A stretch of DNA of 32,000 bases from the NCBI RefSeq assembly GCF_000406145.1, contig NZ_CM001976.1, positions 1,396,630-1,428,629 of the forward strand, read 5' to 3'. The notes beneath the pieces are model-generated. The model was given only the letters and a program-made list of their open reading frames with translations. It was not told the origin of the DNA and made no database searches. How positions within the stretch are numbered: the first letter of the stretch is position 1; the number at the start of each line of letters is the position of its first letter. A program made the translations under genes and the position numbers. Shown here in pieces: positions 1 to 8,582 of this stretch. The stretch is from Dickeya dadantii NCPPB 898. GTDB lineage: Bacteria > Pseudomonadota > Gammaproteobacteria > Enterobacterales > Enterobacteriaceae.

Positions 1-242
1 TGGCCGTACCTGTGGGCGCACTGGCGGCTGGACCGTCAGCTGTCAACGGTCCGCCCACTTTCAAAACTGGCGGTACCGTGGCTGGTGCATCCGCGTTTAG
101 TGCGGCGAATGGCCGGGGGGCGGGTCATGGCTATGGCGGCGGGGTTGGTCGTTCTGTCATGGCAGGCGTCCTTTCCACTGCCACCAGCACGAACAGCTCT
201 ACCGCAACCAGCACCTCAACCGTGACGACAACTCGCGGTTAA
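1..242 (+). CDS. yjbE: YjbE-like small Gly/Ser/Thr-rich secreted protein; 5' end cut by window edge
   Basis: The frame is open from the window edge to TAA at 240-242. The product is low-complexity G/A/S/T-rich with a Ser/Thr tail. It sits directly upstream of yjbF/G/H homologues, as in the E. coli yjbEFGH operon. The GTG at 12 in the ORF track is not the real start. Confidence 0.6.
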   Translation, partial: AVPVGALAAGPSAVNGPPTFKTGGTVAGASAFSAANGRGAGHGYGGGVGRSVMAGVLSTATSTNSSTATSTSTVTTTRG

Positions 243-258
243 TGATGGGCTAATAACC

Positions 259-282
259 AAGGCCACTCCGGTGGCCTTTTTT
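259..282 (+). terminator. Intrinsic terminator-like hairpin between yjbE and yjbF
   Basis: aaggccac-tccg-gtggcctt: 8-bp stem followed by a T-run (277-282), 17 nt after the yjbE stop. Confidence 0.6.
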
Positions 283-315
283 CTGCTTCAGGATGTTCAG
301 GCGAGAACCCGAACA

Positions 316-990
316 ATGAAAAAAATCCTTGATTTAGCCTTGTTACGGATGTTGGCGGTCGTTTTCTTCATGCTGGGACTGACAGGGTGTTCTCAGCAAA
401 TCAGTCAACTGGGCCGGGATTTTCGGCTGGCGTTGTGGGGACGGCAAGATGTCAGCATGACGCCGCAGCAGGTGGAGCAGCTTCCCTATGCTTCAGCGTA
501 TCTGAAAGTGGGTAAAGCGCCGCGCGTCTTTGTGGTGCTGGCGTTTGCCGATAACCAGCAACTGAAATGGGTGACGGCGGATAAAAATAGGGTGGTGACC
601 CGCTTTGGCCGGTTGGTGAAAACGCAGGGGTTGGGTGAAGACATTGAGCAGGTCACTGAACTGGATACCGACCCGCTCAGTCTCGGTTTGCTGAAACCCG
701 GCACCCCGAAACGCTGGCACACCATCGTTAGTTGGTCGCAGGTGTTGCGCGGCGGCTACGACCTGCAGTCGGAATTCGAAAATAAAGGTCCGGAAACCCT
801 GACGATATTGAATACGCCCCGGCGGACGGTGCGTTTCGACGAACAGGTGACCGTACCGGCGCTGGGCAAACGCTATACCAACCAATACTGGCTGGACCCG
901 ACCTCCGGTCAGGTTATCCAAAGTTATCAGTATATGGGGCCAAACATGGCTCTGGTGCAGTTCACCGTTCTTAAGCCATACAATCAATAA
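316..990 (+). CDS. yjbF: YjbF-family outer-membrane lipoprotein
   Basis: ATG at 316 gives MKKILDLALLRMLAVVFFMLGLTGC, with a lipobox L-T-G-C. The position between yjbE and yjbG fits. The upstream GTG at 271 lies inside the terminator hairpin and was rejected. Confidence 0.8.
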   Translation: MKKILDLALLRMLAVVFFMLGLTGCSQQISQLGRDFRLALWGRQDVSMTPQQVEQLPYASAYLKVGKAPRVFVVLAFADNQQLKWVTADKNRVVTRFGRLVKTQGLGEDIEQVTELDTDPLSLGLLKPGTPKRWHTIVSWSQVLRGGYDLQSEFENKGPETLTILNTPRRTVRFDEQVTVPALGKRYTNQYWLDPTSGQVIQSYQYMGPNMALVQFTVLKPYNQ

Positions 991-999
991 GGTAATTTT

Positions 1000-1779
1000 A
1001 TGTTGTCATTCAATCGATTGGCTGCCTTGTTATTGCTGGTGGCCGGAGCATCAGGGGCGGCGCAGTTAACGGTAAAGTATGCGGGCGAAACCTTGCCCGC
1101 CGTGGTGCTGAAAGACGGCACCCGTCTGGATCAGTTCTACGGCCAGACGGCTTTTCCGGACAAGGCCAACTGGCAAACTGCGTTACTCACCAACGAACGT
1201 GTAACGGAAAAGGTCAGAGAAAAGGGAGAAAAGCTGCAGGCCAGACTCTATCAGTTGCAACTGGTCTGGCAGGCCGAGGGCGATGGCGACTGGGCGATCG
1301 CCGCCTGGTATATGGCGCAGGCGCTGAAGCAGGTCAATACCGTCGGCCGAATCCGCGCCAGCATCGACCCGGATATCGTGCGTCTTTCTCCGCGGGATAA
1401 TCGCCCGCTGGTGGGCAACTATACCCTCTACCTGTCACCCTATCGGGATCAGTTCTTCTTGTTCGGGCTGATCAGCACCGGCGTTGATATCGGCACCCCG
1501 AACGTGTTCAAGGATATTGACCTCCAGTCAGGCTGGTCTGTCGAACAGTACATCGGTAGACGGCGTTTTCTGCCTGGCGGCGATAACCGCGACGGTTATC
1601 TGATTGCGGGCAACGGCCACTGGCGCAAAGTCCCGCTCGCTGTCTGGAACCGCCAGCACAATGAACCGGCGGCGGGAGAAACGCTGTTCATCGGTTTTGA
1701 CCCTTCCATTCTGCCAGAGGGCTTTACGTCTCTGAATGAGCAGATCGCCGACTATCTTGCCAACCGGATCCCACACTAA
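1000..1779 (+). CDS. yjbG: YjbG / GfcC-family capsule-polysaccharide export protein, periplasmic
   Basis: 259-aa ORF with a signal peptide (MLSFNRLAALLLLVAGASGAAQ). Synteny inside yjbEFGH. Start is 10 nt after the yjbF stop. Confidence 0.8.
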   Translation: MLSFNRLAALLLLVAGASGAAQLTVKYAGETLPAVVLKDGTRLDQFYGQTAFPDKANWQTALLTNERVTEKVREKGEKLQARLYQLQLVWQAEGDGDWAIAAWYMAQALKQVNTVGRIRASIDPDIVRLSPRDNRPLVGNYTLYLSPYRDQFFLFGLISTGVDIGTPNVFKDIDLQSGWSVEQYIGRRRFLPGGDNRDGYLIAGNGHWRKVPLAVWNRQHNEPAAGETLFIGFDPSILPEGFTSLNEQIADYLANRIPH

Positions 1780-3920
1780 TGGCTAACAACAGAACTTTTA
1801 AACTGAGCTGTCTGTCGCTGGCGATTGGCAGCACATTAGGGACGCCGGTCTGGGCGGCTGAGGTGGATAACCAGGATGCGGCGAACCGCAGCGGTTATTA
1901 CCAGCCCGCCGGCGTGTCGCAGATGGATTTTGGCGGCGTCGGGCTATGGCAGATGCCGACGGCGCGGATGGCGGATACCGGCGAGTTTAGCGCCAGCTAC
2001 CGCGATAACGAGGAATATCGCCGCTACGCCATTTCACTGCAGCCGCTCGACTGGCTGGAGGCGACGCTGCGGTATACCGATATTCGCACCCGGCCTTACA
2101 GCAACTCGCCCAGCTTCAGCGGCAACCAGACCTATAAGGATAAGAGCTTCGACGTCAAAGCGCGTCTGTGGCAGGAAAGCCTCTGGTTGCCGCAGGTGTC
2201 GCTGGGGCTGCGCGATATCGCCGGTACTGGCCTGTTCGACAGCGAATATCTGGTGGCCAGCAAGCGCTGGGGGCCGTTCGATTTCACGCTGGGTATGGGC
2301 TGGGGCAATATGGCGCAGAGCGGCAACATTACTAATCCGGCCTGCCGGCTGGCGTCGGGATTCTGTACCCGTTCCGCCTCAACGCAGACCGGTCAGTTCG
2401 CGGCGAAGAACTTTTTCCACGGACCGGCGGCGCTGTTTGCCGGGCTGGAATACCAGACGCCGTGGGATCCGTTGCGTATCAAGCTGGAGTACGACAGTAA
2501 TGACTACAGCCTGGAGGCGGCGGATCAAACTCGTCCTGCATCGCAGCATATCAAGCAGGACTCGCCGGTTAACGTCGGTCTGGTGTACCGCGCTACCGAT
2601 TGGCTTGACACCTCGCTGTCGTGGGAGCGCGGCAACACCCTGATGTGGGGCTTCACGTTGCGCACCAACTTCAACCGGCTACGACCGCAGCACCCGGACG
2701 ACGAGCCGCCGGTTTATATGCCGGTGAAAAATGCGCAGGGCGGCACCGACTGGCAACGCGTTTCACAGGAGCTGGACGAGAAGGCTGGCTTTGCCCAACC
2801 GGATATTTATAGCGACGGCCAGCAGGTGACGGTGGTAGCGGAGCAGTATAAATATAACAGCGATGCCGAGGCCAGCCGGCGGGCGGCGACGGTTTTGGCG
2901 AACCATTTGCCGGACAGCGTCGGGCAGTATCACATCGTCACCCGCAGCGGCCCGCTGACCTCCACCAGCACCCGTGTGGATGCGTCGGCGTTCCGTCAGC
3001 TGGAGTCCGGCAGTACGCCACTGGGGCTGGACGAGCCGGACCCCTATCATGTCGAGCCGCTGCCGGAGCCGAGTGGTCGTCAGGTTCTGCATACCGAGCC
3101 GCCGCGTTTTTCCTACGGCATCGACCCCTCGCTGCAACAGTCGTTCGGCGGCCCGGAATCGTTCTATATGTATCAGCTGTCGGCCAACGCCAGCGCCGAT
3201 TACCGTATTACGAATAACTGGCGGCTGGGGGGCACGGTGAACGTCAACCTGCTCAACAACTATGATCAGTTCAACTTCAAATCACCCCCGCAGGACGGTG
3301 CGGCGTTGCCGCGGGTCCGTACCCATATTCGTGAGTATGTGACCTCTTCAGACGTGCTGCTGACCAACCTGCAACTGTCGCGTTACGATCATCTGTCGCG
3401 CGACTGGTATACCCAGGTCTACGGCGGTTATCTGGAAATGATGTACGCCGGCGTCGGTGGCGAAGTGCTGTATCGGCCGTTTGGCAGCAGTTGGGCGGTG
3501 GGGATGGATGTTAACTACGTCAAGCAGCGAGACTGGGACGACCCGCAGCGCCTGAGAGATTACAGCGTGACCACCGGTCACCTGACCACCTACTGGTCGC
3601 TGCCGTTCGTCAAAGGCGGGCTGGCGAAAATCAGCGTCGGGCGCTATCTGGCCGGCGATAAAGGCGTCACACTGGATCTGTCGCGCCGTTTCGACAGCGG
3701 CATCGTGGCCGGCGCGTTTGCCACCGTCACCAATGTCAGCGCCAGCGAATATGGCGAAGGCAGTTTCACCAAAGGGATCTACTTCACTATCCCGTTCGAC
3801 CTGCTCTTCAGTTCACCGACTACCCGTCACGGCTCCATCGGCTGGGTGCCGTTGACCCGCGACGGCGGTCAGATGCTGGATCGGCGCGACGTGCTGTATA
3901 ACATGGTAGACCGGGAATAG
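1779..3920 (+). CDS. yjbH: YjbH-family outer-membrane exopolysaccharide production protein
   Basis: 713-aa ORF. The ATG overlaps the yjbG stop (TAATG). Signal peptide ends ...GTPVWAAE. Aromatic-rich beta-strand composition, with size and order matching YjbH. Confidence 0.85.
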   Translation: MANNRTFKLSCLSLAIGSTLGTPVWAAEVDNQDAANRSGYYQPAGVSQMDFGGVGLWQMPTARMADTGEFSASYRDNEEYRRYAISLQPLDWLEATLRYTDIRTRPYSNSPSFSGNQTYKDKSFDVKARLWQESLWLPQVSLGLRDIAGTGLFDSEYLVASKRWGPFDFTLGMGWGNMAQSGNITNPACRLASGFCTRSASTQTGQFAAKNFFHGPAALFAGLEYQTPWDPLRIKLEYDSNDYSLEAADQTRPASQHIKQDSPVNVGLVYRATDWLDTSLSWERGNTLMWGFTLRTNFNRLRPQHPDDEPPVYMPVKNAQGGTDWQRVSQELDEKAGFAQPDIYSDGQQVTVVAEQYKYNSDAEASRRAATVLANHLPDSVGQYHIVTRSGPLTSTSTRVDASAFRQLESGSTPLGLDEPDPYHVEPLPEPSGRQVLHTEPPRFSYGIDPSLQQSFGGPESFYMYQLSANASADYRITNNWRLGGTVNVNLLNNYDQFNFKSPPQDGAALPRVRTHIREYVTSSDVLLTNLQLSRYDHLSRDWYTQVYGGYLEMMYAGVGGEVLYRPFGSSWAVGMDVNYVKQRDWDDPQRLRDYSVTTGHLTTYWSLPFVKGGLAKISVGRYLAGDKGVTLDLSRRFDSGIVAGAFATVTNVSASEYGEGSFTKGIYFTIPFDLLFSSPTTRHGSIGWVPLTRDGGQMLDRRDVLYNMVDRE

Positions 3921-3952
3921 CCCGTTGTGGCGCTGGGTTACCCGGCCAAGAC

Positions 3953-3983
3953 GCAGCGCCTCCCGAAAAACGGGAGGCGCTGC
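3953..3983. terminator. 13-bp GC-rich hairpin after yjbH, no clear T-run
   Basis: gcagcgcctcccg-aaaaa-cgggaggcgctgc, 33 nt downstream of the yjbH stop. Confidence 0.45.
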
Positions 3984-4315
3984 CGGCATCAGGATTGAGG
4001 CTGTAAGGGCGAGGGGGAGCAGCGATCGATTGCAGAAAGGCAGTTCGGACACCATCTGGAAAATTCCTCGCAGCGCCTGGCTGTTTGCGCTGTCGTTCAA
4101 TCTTTCTACCGCCAGCGTCGGCGACTATCTGGATACGCGCGAACTGAAGCTGGTCAGTTGCTGATCCCGGGTGGCGTGTAAAGAAGGCGATCGTTTTGCG
4201 AAAGTGGTTCGTAATCAATATAACCGTCTGTAAATAAGCGGTTTTTTAGGAATGAGCGACTTGTCGCTTCCTGGCCGGTTTCTTATGATGCACCCAGTCG
4301 AAACTGAGGTGAATC

Positions 4316-4480
4316 ATGAGAAACGTAGTCAAAATGGTCGGTTTACTGGCATTGATCGCCACCCTAAGCGGTTGCATTTTCCCTCCGCCGTGGGGAGGCC
4401 CGGGCGGCGGTCATGGCGGCCCCGGCGGCGGGCCGGGCGGCTTCCATTACCAGCCCGCGAACGGGTCGGGTCATCCCTGA
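4316..4480 (+). CDS. Small (54 aa) Gly/Pro-rich lipoprotein, absent from the ORF track
   Basis: GAGGTG Shine-Dalgarno 7 nt upstream of ATG 4316. Product is MRNVVKMVGLLALIATLSGC|IFPPPWGGPGGGHGGPGGGPGGFHYQPANGSGHP, with lipobox LSGC. An 11-bp hairpin follows at 4489-4519. Confidence 0.55.
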   Translation: MRNVVKMVGLLALIATLSGCIFPPPWGGPGGGHGGPGGGPGGFHYQPANGSGHP

Positions 4481-4825
4481 TGCATAACGCGGCCGGCCCT
4501 CCCCCTGTGGGCTGGCCGCAGTGCTCTTATCCACGCAGGTTTTTCATCTCGCCATTTTCCCCTTCTCGTGTTCTCTTCCTCTCCCCCCGGCAGAGCCCGA
4601 ACGCCGCACTTATTCCGTACGCTCCGGTTTATCCGCTGCGCCAGTTACGTCTGTGGGATAGGTTGTTAATAAAATCTGTATGTTACTGAAGTGATTTGAG
4701 CTGGAATTTGGAATAATGACAGCGTGCTCTCCGTCATAAAGATGAGGGCGAGGACTATGAAATGGACCGAATAACGCAGCCAGACTGGTGGCTTGACGCG
4801 TGACGGATATAAGAAGGAGAGTGGC

Positions 4826-5890
4826 ATGTATTCAACACTCGTTGCTGCGCCAGCTGACGGCGATCGTCGTCGCTCCGGCCTGGCGTTTGCCAGACGCGTT
4901 TATACCCCCCGTATTATTGGTCTGGGGTTGGGATTTTTTTGTGTTTCCGCCGTGCTGTATGGCCAGACACAACCTGTGTGGGTGTGGGGAGCATTGTTTT
5001 TCAACGGTTTTCTTTGGCCGCACCTGGCGCTGTGGCTGACGCGGCGCGCCGGCGATCCGATGCGGTTCGAGTATGGTAATCTGCGGTTTGATGCCTGGCT
5101 GGGCGGCGTCTGGATTGGCATGATGGGGCTGAATTCACTGCCGTCGGTGCTGATCGTGTCGATGATGGGCATGAACAATATCGCCGGCGGCGGCCTGCGG
5201 TTGTTTGTGCAAGGGCTGGTGGCGCAATTGGTCGGGGCGCTGGCCGTTATCTGGCTGACTCACCGATCGATTGCGTTTGCCACTACGCCCGAGCAGATCT
5301 ATTTCTGTCTGCCGATGCTATTTATCTATCCCATCTCGGTGGGGTTGGTCACCTATCGCACCGCGATCAAGCTGGCGGATCACAAGCGTCAACTGCGGGA
5401 AATCAGTATCCACGACGGTATGACCCGGTTGTACAACCGGCATTATTGGGAGCAGTTGCTGAAACATGAGTTTGAGCTGTGCCTGCGCCACCAGCAGGTA
5501 GCGACGCTGGCGTTGCTGGATATCGATCATTTCAAGCGCATCAACGACAGCTTCGGGCATCACGTGGGGGATGATGTGATTCTCTTGCTAAGCGGCGGCA
5601 TCAAATCAACGTTGCGGCAGTCCGACATCACCGGTCGTTTTGGCGGCGACGAATTCGGCATGGTGTTGCCACAAACGCCGGCCGTTGAAGCAGAACGTAT
5701 CGTCCAGCGGCTACGCGAGTATCTGGAAAGCATACAACTGCATCAGGCGCCGGCGCTGCGGGTGGGGATCAGCGTCGGGCTGGTGCAGTTTCATGCCGGC
5801 ATGGAGGATTATCAGGTCTGGCTGAAAGCCGCGGATACCGCGCTGTATCAGGCCAAAGACAATGGTCGCGGTTGCACGGTCTGCGCCTGA
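4826..5890 (+). CDS. dgcC: Membrane diguanylate cyclase, MASE2 + GGDEF (AdrA/DgcC-like)
   Basis: AAGGAG RBS precedes ATG 4826. The N-terminus (RRSGLAFARRVYTPRIIGLGLGFF..., multiple TM segments) is collinear with E. coli/Salmonella AdrA. The active site is RFGGDEFG, with an RxxD I-site (RQSD) 5 residues upstream. Confidence 0.85.
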   Translation: MYSTLVAAPADGDRRRSGLAFARRVYTPRIIGLGLGFFCVSAVLYGQTQPVWVWGALFFNGFLWPHLALWLTRRAGDPMRFEYGNLRFDAWLGGVWIGMMGLNSLPSVLIVSMMGMNNIAGGGLRLFVQGLVAQLVGALAVIWLTHRSIAFATTPEQIYFCLPMLFIYPISVGLVTYRTAIKLADHKRQLREISIHDGMTRLYNRHYWEQLLKHEFELCLRHQQVATLALLDIDHFKRINDSFGHHVGDDVILLLSGGIKSTLRQSDITGRFGGDEFGMVLPQTPAVEAERIVQRLREYLESIQLHQAPALRVGISVGLVQFHAGMEDYQVWLKAADTALYQAKDNGRGCTVCA

Positions 5891-5943
5891 ACGGTTTCGT
5901 CGCTAACGCGCCATAACCATAACCATAAGCTAAAGCGCCATAG

Positions 5944-6840
5944 CTAAAGCGCCATAAATAGCGCCGGGTTGACCGCCTGGCGGCGCGCTTTTTCCAGATG
6001 CGTGCGCATGAAATCAGCGGCGCTCAGCCGATCGCCCAACTCCAGGTAGCGAATGATTTGCAGATGCTCTTCCGCCTGATGTTTCCGCTGCGGGCGAAAT
6101 CTCTCCTTGCGGTACTCCACCAGCCGCCGCAGCCGGGCCAGATGGCGGACGGTTTGCAGCAGAAAGCGATTGCCGGAGCAGACGGCCAGCGTGTCGTGGA
6201 ACCCGGAACTGGTATCAAACATCTCCATTGCCGTCATGGTCAGGTAACCGTCTTCGGCCAGGTGTTCCTGCTGTTTCCGGCAGCGTGCCAGCACCTGCGG
6301 GTCAATATGAAACGTTGCCGACAGCAGCCCGGCCGGTTCGATAATGGCGCGCAGCGCGTAGCTTTCTTCATAGGCTTCTACCGAATCGATCAGCGGCAGC
6401 GTGCGCCAGCCCTGACCGGCCATGTGTTCCAGCCAGCCTTCCTGCTGACAGCGCAGCAAGACTTTGCGCAGCACCGGGCGGGTAACGCCGAATTCGAGCA
6501 TCAGCTCCATTTCTGAAAATTGTTCCGGCAACTGGCGGGTGATGCGGCGTTCCGCCAACTGGCGATAGAGCGGGTCTTCCGCCTGCTCCAGCACTTCGGC
6601 GACCAGATTGCCCAGTTGCGAAGCGTGCTGCGCCAGAAAAAAACCGCGATTGCGGTCATAGGTCACCATGCCTTTGTCCATCAGGTATTGCATCGCCTGT
6701 TTTACCGGCGTGCGCGACGTGCTGAGCGCCTGCGCCAGCGCCGACTCGACCAGATGATGGCCCACCGCGAGTTGCTCGCGCCTGACGTAACTGATGACAT
6801 CGCGCACGATGCGCGCCTGCAACGGGGTGAGGGTCGTCAT
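5944..6840 (-). CDS. GntR-family transcriptional regulator with FCD-type C-terminal domain (two GntR-like wHTH segments)
   Basis: 298-aa ORF. Residues ~10-70 and ~95-148 both fit the GntR wHTH pattern (...STSRTPVKQAMQYLMDKGMV... and ...EFGVTRPVLRKVLLRCQQEGWL...). The helical C-terminal half is FadR/FCD-like. Confidence 0.8.
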   Translation of the reverse strand: MTTLTPLQARIVRDVISYVRREQLAVGHHLVESALAQALSTSRTPVKQAMQYLMDKGMVTYDRNRGFFLAQHASQLGNLVAEVLEQAEDPLYRQLAERRITRQLPEQFSEMELMLEFGVTRPVLRKVLLRCQQEGWLEHMAGQGWRTLPLIDSVEAYEESYALRAIIEPAGLLSATFHIDPQVLARCRKQQEHLAEDGYLTMTAMEMFDTSSGFHDTLAVCSGNRFLLQTVRHLARLRRLVEYRKERFRPQRKHQAEEHLQIIRYLELGDRLSAADFMRTHLEKARRQAVNPALFMAL

Positions 6841-7018
6841 GATTCCTTGCCAGCCAGAATAAATAGCCGCTGATTATACCTGTTACCGACCGGGCTGGCA
6901 GTGATGCCGGGCAATTGTTCTTTATTTTATTAAAAGACACTCTGTGGGGGGATTAGGTTGATCTGTTCACAACAGAAACAGGACACCTATTTCATAAATT
7001 GTATTTTTTGATAATAAA

Positions 7019-7531
7019 ATGCAATATGATGATATCTCAAACCTCCAGCAGAGCACAAAGAGACTGTCTGTGACGCCATCAGCACACCCCTTACTGATTA
7101 CCGGTCATCCTTTTGAATGGCTGACGATTCCCGGCCTGGATCGAATAGCCTGTACTTTTATTCGTCATCAGCCCCCGCTGATACTGGTGTCGGCGGGAGC
7201 CTTGTCGCAATCCGGGCGGCTGGAGGAGGCAGTAAGCCTGCCGGCGTGGGAAACGATCCGCATTTTTGGCGCGGCGGCGCTGTCGCGGTATATCGGGGAC
7301 AATGCGCGGCATAGCCAACTGGTGGTGATTGACCGCCTGTCATGTGGATCGCCCTGTGCGCTGGGGTTTGCCATACTTGATTGCCAAGGTTGGCAGCGTC
7401 ACGTCGCCGCATCGACCGAACAGGTTATCAGGCAGGCGGCGCTGCAACCTGACACGATCGCCTGCGATCATCTTCCCGCCGGCGTGAACGCGGCGTTTTC
7501 ATTGATGCACCGCCATCAGCCGCACGGTTGA
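7019..7531 (+). CDS. Hypothetical protein (170 aa), divergent from the GntR regulator
   Basis: Only long ORF in this interval. Codon usage is like neighbouring genes after an AT-rich promoter region. There is no recognisable motif and no clear RBS. Confidence 0.45.
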   Translation: MQYDDISNLQQSTKRLSVTPSAHPLLITGHPFEWLTIPGLDRIACTFIRHQPPLILVSAGALSQSGRLEEAVSLPAWETIRIFGAAALSRYIGDNARHSQLVVIDRLSCGSPCALGFAILDCQGWQRHVAASTEQVIRQAALQPDTIACDHLPAGVNAAFSLMHRHQPHG

Positions 7532-7701
7532 GCAATCAGGCAGCCTGCGCCATAACGCATCGGTGCCAGAAAAACTGTTGGTAAAAATGGAATAATCATA
7601 TCCATTTGTCCGCCTTTATCTCATACCGGTATCCGGGCAGGATCTTGCACGACAGGCTGTGGCCGCTGCGCCGTGTTAACGTCACGGCAGGCCCGGTCGT
7701 T

Positions 7702-7752
7702 TTCATCCCGGAACAAATTTCATCCCAGAACAAATTTCATCCCGGAAAACAG
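7702..7752. repeat. 17-bp direct repeat x3 abutting the SDR ribosome-binding site
   Basis: tcatcccggaacaaatt / tcatcccagaacaaatt / tcatcccggaaaacagg. The third unit runs into the AGGAG RBS of the ATG at 7761. Confidence 0.9.
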
Positions 7753-7760
7753 GAGAGCGT

Positions 7761-8522
7761 ATGCAGCAGCACAACCAACAAGACGCCGCACAGGATGCCC
7801 GCGTGGCGATAATCACCGGTGCCTCGCGGGGCATCGGCAAGGCGATTGCGCTGAAACTGGCGCGGCAGGGGTGGCGAGTGGTAGTGAATTATGCCCGGCA
7901 GCAGCAACAGGCGGGCGACGTGGTGAGCCGAATCCGCGAAGAGGGTGGGACCGCGCTAGCGATTCAGGCGCAGGTGGACGCGCCTGAACAGGTAGCGGCG
8001 CTGTTTCAGCAGACGAAAGCGCAATTCGGGCGTATCGACGCGGTGATCAATAGCGCCGGGGTGATGGCGAATACGCCGATTGCCGATGGCGATCTGGCGC
8101 AGTTCGACGCGATGATCGCGACCAATCTGCGCGGTGCGTTTATTGTGCTGGGCGAAGCGGCCCGGCAGGTGGAAAACGGCGGGCGAATCATCGCGCTGTC
8201 CACCAGCGTCATCGCCCGGTCGCTGCCCGGTTATGGTCCCTATATCGCTTCCAAGGCCGGGGTGGAGGGGTTGGTGCGAGTGCTGTCGAATGAACTGCGT
8301 GGCCGCGAGGTTACGGTGAACGCCGTGGCGCCGGGGCCGGTGGCGACCGAACTGTTTTTTAACGGTAAGACCGACGCGCAGGTAGCCGCCATTACGGCCA
8401 TGACGCCGCTGGAAAGGCTGGGCGAACCGGACGATATCGCCAACGTGGTAGCGTTTCTGGTCGGGCCGGAAGGGGGCTGGATTAATGGTCAGGTGGTTCG
8501 CAGCAATGGCGGGTTTGCGTAA
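7761..8522 (+). CDS. Short-chain dehydrogenase/reductase (SDR) family oxidoreductase
   Basis: TGASRGIG cofactor-binding motif near the N-terminus and a YxxxK catalytic motif (YIASK). 253 aa. AGGAG RBS. Confidence 0.85.
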   Translation: MQQHNQQDAAQDARVAIITGASRGIGKAIALKLARQGWRVVVNYARQQQQAGDVVSRIREEGGTALAIQAQVDAPEQVAALFQQTKAQFGRIDAVINSAGVMANTPIADGDLAQFDAMIATNLRGAFIVLGEAARQVENGGRIIALSTSVIARSLPGYGPYIASKAGVEGLVRVLSNELRGREVTVNAVAPGPVATELFFNGKTDAQVAAITAMTPLERLGEPDDIANVVAFLVGPEGGWINGQVVRSNGGFA

Positions 8523-8582
8523 TGGGTTTGCGTAATGGGTATACGTGCCGGGGAAGGTGGTTTTCCCCGGTGCCGGCGTGTG

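Noticed and set aside
3813-4218. ORFs after yjbH (3813-4100 -, 3820-4218 -, 3925-4164 +)
   Set aside because: They overlap the yjbH 3' end or terminator hairpin, are low complexity and have no RBS. The + frame ending ...DTRELKLVSC could be a gene remnant, but I cannot identify it.
4252-4689. 145-aa ORF listed in the ORF track
   Set aside because: Its translation is Arg/Pro-rich with no RBS. It overlaps the much better supported 54-aa lipoprotein gene in another frame and runs through that gene's terminator hairpin.
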